From assembly GCF_009914755.1 (NCBI RefSeq), contig NC_060947.1: a stretch of DNA of 64,000 bases. The stretch is one strand, 5' to 3'. A model generated the notes under the pieces. That model did not search any database, was not told the DNA's origin, and was given only the letters and a program-made list of their open reading frames with translations. Shown in pieces: positions 59,291 through 64,000 of the stretch (positions are counted from its first letter, which is position 1; each line of letters starts with the position of its first letter). A program made the position numbers and the translations under genes. Origin of the DNA: the human T2T-CHM13v2.0 reference genome, Homo sapiens.

Positions 59291-59952
59291 TTCCCCAGCT
59301 TTGGCACCTGTGGGATTGGGGAGGAGGGTACAGGATGACGGGCAATTCACAAAACATAGACAGGAGAGACACCTGTTTGAGTCTACATTTTAGTCCATTT
59401 CCTGAGGCGCGCGCGCGTGCATGCATGTGTTGAGGGGATGAGGGACTCTTTCCAATGCGGCAGATAGAAATGATTAACTCAAACCCATCGGAGCCCAGAC
59501 AGTGCGATCGTGTCTGAATAAACACGAACCGTGTGGTCTGGGATGGGTGTGCTTTTGTACTTAGTCGTGTGAAAATATTTGAAGACTCCGGTTTTTTTCT
59601 CTTTTTGATTTTAAGTTTGTTTGGGTGTGCGAGTATCTGAAGCCTTTACATGTAAATCACACAGAAATGTGTATTTGGGGTGGCCACAGATCCTGAGCGT
59701 TGGCACATGGGTAATGTGTGCTTGGAAACAGGTGGGAATGCATTGCTTTAATTTGGGAATAATTCATGTGCACATTTTGGGATGCTGCAAAATGAAATTT
59801 TTGATTAAAGATGATTAGGAATAATTTTTAACAATGTTTAAATGGCAAGCCAGAAATTAACATGTACTCATAAAGGGGGGGGGGTGTTTGGCAAGGTTCC
59901 AGCAGACAGCCCTGCAGTGCCCTTAACCCAACATACCATACTGCGCCACTGA

Positions 59953-59969
59953 ACATGCACACATGCGCG

Positions 59970-60012
<43 letters not shown>

Positions 60013-60016
60013 ACAT
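59953..60016. repeat. Alternating purine-pyrimidine tract with (CA)n microsatellite in GABRQ intron 1
   Basis: acatgcacacatgcgcgtgcgcgc(ac)n read directly. Confidence 0.92.
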
Positions 60017-60979
60017 TTGCAGGGGCTGACGTTCCCTGGGCAATGCGTCAAAGATTTGAAGAGTCACAGTGATGCCGGGGCCTGTTCTGATTCGCAAGCC
60101 CTGTTGGGGAAGGAGCCCTGTTGAAGGTCTAGGTGAATTGGGTGAGCGTGTCAGAGATCTCTGGAAAAGCCAGCTCTCCACAGAGCTGGGCTGAGTCCAC
60201 TTACCTATGCTCACCCAAGACACCTCCAGGGTGGAAGCACATGCTCAGCAAGAGATATACCTGCTCCCAGAATAGATGTCTTTCCGATGAGAGCTCTGAG
60301 CCCCAAGAATCTGAAATGGTTTGGTTGGATGAGGGTCGTAAATCTCAGCTACACCAGCAAGGCTCTCTCTGTGTGTCTTATGCCATATGCCAAGTCTGGA
60401 AAACAGAGTTGTGCAGAAACAAGGTTGACATAAAAGTGACTAAAAAATGCCCAGCCCTAGCCCAGGTAAGGGGAAATGAAACTTTGAGCTCATCTTACTA
60501 GGGCACTGAGAGCAAAAGATGACTTTTCCTGGGGCAATCAGGTGCCCCTGGCAGGAGGACCCCCACCAACCTAGAAAACAGCGTCGAGGCTGATTGCAAG
60601 ATGGGGCTCTTGAAGGGGCTGAAGTAACGCATTTTTCTGAGGGCTTTCATCTGCCCACTCTTCTTCGTCTCCCCTTCTCCTACCGCCTCCTCTCGTCAAC
60701 CCCTACAAGTCCTGCCTGGTAACAGGGATCCAGTCTCTGAGCCCCACCCTCTGGATTAAAGCTGGGAAGGTGGGGGGGGGGAGGAAAGAGGAGTCTGCGT
60801 CACCGCTGCGCTTCTGGCTGACTCACCATGGGGAGGGAGGGGAGCAGGGAGAGAGAGTGTGTACACGTATGACTGGACATGTCTGCGTATGTGCTGGAGA
60901 AGAGAAGGCCCTAGCAAGGCAACCACTGGCAAGCGGGCCCCAAGTCAACCGGCATTTACTTATGACTTCTCTGTTTCAG

Positions 60980-61068
60980 CAAAAATTGTGCAAATGAAGC
61001 TGTGGTTCAAAAGATTTTGGACAGGGTGCTGTCAAGATACGATGTCCGCCTGAGACCGAATTTTGGAG
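60980..61068 (+). CDS. GABRQ: GABA-A receptor subunit theta, coding exon 2
   Basis: Acceptor ttctctgtttcag|C. Encodes (C)KNCANEAVVQKILDRVLSRYDVRLRPNFG(G), containing the Cys-loop receptor YDxRLRP motif. 89 nt; donor GAG|GTAAGG; phase matches exon 1. Confidence 0.97.
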
Positions 61069-64000
61069 GTAAGGCATATCCAGACACTAGAGAACTTGGG
61101 TTAGGTGTCCTAGAGCTGAGACACAGCAAGCCAGCCCTGCCCTGTAAGCTGACCAGTGGTATCCTGCGGGCTCTACACCTGTGCCTCTCCAGATCCCACC
61201 TTCCTGACTCTGCAGAGACCAGCAAGGAAGCACCCCCAGGCCTTCTGCACCCTGTAATATCTCTCACTTCTCTGCCTTCAGATGCACGAGAGCCTTCTCC
61301 CTCCTCCACACTCCCCTTACAAAGGTGTGGCTGGCAAAGAGCTAAGCACAGAAATGGGTGTACAGGATGCGGCGCGCTGTGTTCCTCAGGCTAGAGTTTT
61401 CTGCTCCAGCTCCTGGGAGGACACATATTCTTCTACTTGAGCACATTCTTCACACCCTGGGCACTTGTCCCATTCAGCTAGTTCCAAACTGAGAGCACGG
61501 TCTTTTCTGTCTAGTGTACTTAACCCACCGAGGCCCTGGGCACTTCCACCTCAGCTCCCTCATTCTCAGTTTATATAAGACACCGCAGTCAGTGTGGTCT
61601 TTCTAAACCCAGCCGGATCACCTCAGGAACTTTTAATGGTTTTATCTAACTGCCAAATAAAATCCAAACTCCTCAGCCTAGTACTCAGATCTCTGCTGCT
61701 GAGATTAGAAACGACAAAGAAGCTGACACACAAACCCCCAGGAAAATCATACATCAGTTCCTCCCCCATTTTTGTAATTAGCCTCCCATTTAAAAAGGGC
61801 GACTAGCCTGGACCACACAGCTTTAAGTGACAGGCAACCTACCCTGACCCGGCGTAGCAAACGCAGCATTCTCTAGCCCAGGGGACACCTAGGAAACCTA
61901 GATCAAGGGCAAACAAAAGAAACAGTCCATTAAAAAAGAGGTTAGTTACATTCCAGCTCAAAGGAAGCTCCCACTCCAAAGGGTTAATGAAAGCTAATGA
62001 TCTGCATTTATGCATATGAATAGAGGTCTTCCAAATACACTCTGGCTCCACCCCAAGAAAACACAGCTGAGAGGATTCGGCCCTTGCCGTAGACCAGTTT
62101 GGCCTGGGGAGCGCCACCTTGAAAAGCAAGGTGGTAGCCCTGGGCCCTAAGCTTTGGAGGTGGGACCCTGAACTGGTGCTTCCCCTTAGCTCCCTTGCTC
62201 CCTCCGAAGTGTGAGAACAGAAGGCACAGCCCAAGGGATTAAAGCTGACAGCATACTGGGAAGCCAGGGTAGACAGGCCAGAAGGCAGGCTCTTTCATTG
62301 CAAAACAGCAGCGTGTCTTCTGGGTGGATCCCCAAGGGATAAAGGTCTGGCCATATGGGAATCCAGGTGTTAGAGTACAGGCAGCACGTCCTTGTATGGC
62401 AGCGACTTTGGAATCTTTTGGATCAGTTGCACCAAGCACCAATGGGTGACGTGGGAGTAGCTACTTCGTTTTTTTGTCTTGCCTTTCTCACGTTTCTCAG
62501 CAGAGACTGACCAACAACCATTTGAGTACACCAATCACCTTCTCCCCACTGTTTCAGGGCCAGGTTGACATCTCTGCAGGCATCCAGGACCGGGGGAGGG
62601 AGCAGGGGCAAGAATCAATCTCTGGGGAGGGTTACCCTAAGCTTTGTGGACGTGCACACCTGCAGCGTGTGAGAAAAGCTGGATCCCTGGCTTGATTTAG
62701 CCAAACCGATGAAGGTAGGAGGGCAAGGACAACTCAGGACCTTCTAGCATTTAAACAGAAGGGGGCACCACAGGCTCTAGGTCTGAGGCTGTTGCATGGT
62801 GCGTGTGGGAAGAGAGACCAGTTGATGGGATAGCTGGGCCAAGGCAGTCAGCGCCTGGGGACTCCAGGACTCCCCCACTAGACACAGCGTCAAATTCCCC
62901 TCTGTGTGAGAGGTGGAGTAGAGTTTCAGGGCATACTTCCCCTCACTTCCCCACACATCCTCCACATGCAGAGGCCTCACTTAACTGTGGCCCAGTTCAA
63001 ACAGGAGCCTTATTCCTTCCTTGCATATGGGGGACAGTGAGAAGAGGAGGAGGATGAAAAGGAGGAGGAGGATCCAGAGAAAATTAACAAAGCCAATTCC
63101 TTCTAGGCAAGAGAACTGGGACTCTGCATTGTGGCAAAAGGCCGCCCTTGAGGGCCTCACCTAGCTTAGCACCTGGCATGATTTAGGCACCCGATATTGT
63201 GAAGGAATGAAGGAGATATTTTCATTCCTTCATTCATCTGCTAGATAGGAAGTACAGTTGAGGCAGGAAAGGTTCCAGGAGAAAGGGAGGTGATTACCCC
63301 TACCACTTTGCCTGCCTTCCTGAGGGGGCAGGGTGGGACAGTGATGGGCTGGGGCCACCATCCTAGACATGGTATTTGGACTCCTTATCAGGACGTTTCT
63401 CATCCCCTCCCCACCCCCATTATCTGTTTAGGGATATGGGATTCCTCATCTAAATTCTCATCCTGACAACTACTAGCACAAAGGGGATAAATTAGAAGAA
63501 TGTCCCCTTCCTCTGAGCTGCATCCCTGTGCCAGGACTCATGGCTTGGTGAGGGGAATGTGAACTGCATTTCAGCTCCCACTTTCCCTTCAACTAGGAGT
63601 CCTTGGACAGGTTTCTGGCCTAGCCCTTCGGGGTCGCCAGCATTCCACCATAAGGAAAGGAGTTGCCTGAATCATGCGGAATGGTCTAGAGAAGTCTAAC
63701 ACTGAGGTGTAGCTGGCTGGCCCCTCTGGAGCTTGTTGCCTGCCTAACACAGCTTCCCTTCTCTAAAGGCATGTGGGGAGCCCGAAAGGCGGCCATCAAG
63801 AACTGTGTTTCTTGGAACTCCTGTCACCACATAACACTTTTCTGGGGCTTCTTCACAACAGGCCTGGATGCTGGAGTCTGGGCTGTACCCCAACACAGAG
63901 GCTCATTTACTTCACGGCTGCCATTCAGATGCTTATTCCCAATAGAGCTTTCCTTTGTGAAGCTTTGGGCTTGGAATAACACATTTCTCTCTTTGCAGCT

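Noticed and set aside
57863-59525. Long overlapping ORFs (160-283 aa) on both strands around the CpG island
   Set aside because: Pro/Gly/Ala/Arg-rich products of GC-rich, stop-poor DNA. The real coding frame is the spliced GABRQ exon 1, which the ORF track misses.
61002-61394. 130-aa ORF starting with VQKILDRVLSRYDVRLRPNFGG
   Set aside because: Only the part up to 61068 is GABRQ exon 2; the rest is intron read-through past the GTAAGG donor.

Overview
Repeat-dense primate DNA, almost certainly human, with no prokaryotic features. The only host protein-coding sequence I can support is the 5' end of GABRQ (GABA-A receptor theta subunit): a CpG-island promoter, exon 1 (ATG 58799, donor after 58947) and exon 2 (60980-61068), all on the + strand. 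From recall of the locus, this places the window in the Xq28 GABRA3-GABRQ interval. The first ~57 kb is mostly transposon fossils: a full-length, TSD-flanked L1PA4-like element (+, 2501-8660); a full-length L1PA6-like element (-, 26411-33326) inside a multi-layer nest; and Alus, solo LTRs, Tigger3, MER20, L2, MIR and old L1M fragments. I see no wholly new biological system. The most interesting observations are: (1) a 5'-truncated AluY and the full-length L1 share a single TSD pair, suggesting an Alu-L1 chimeric insertion; (2) a dense A>G substitution cluster in the 3' UTR of the first L1; (3) an ORF0 splice donor in the second L1 is in phase with GABRQ exon 2; (4) a probable old L1 3' transduction. 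Repeat subfamily names come from recalled consensus sequences, not a RepeatMasker run, and boundaries of old repeats are approximate.
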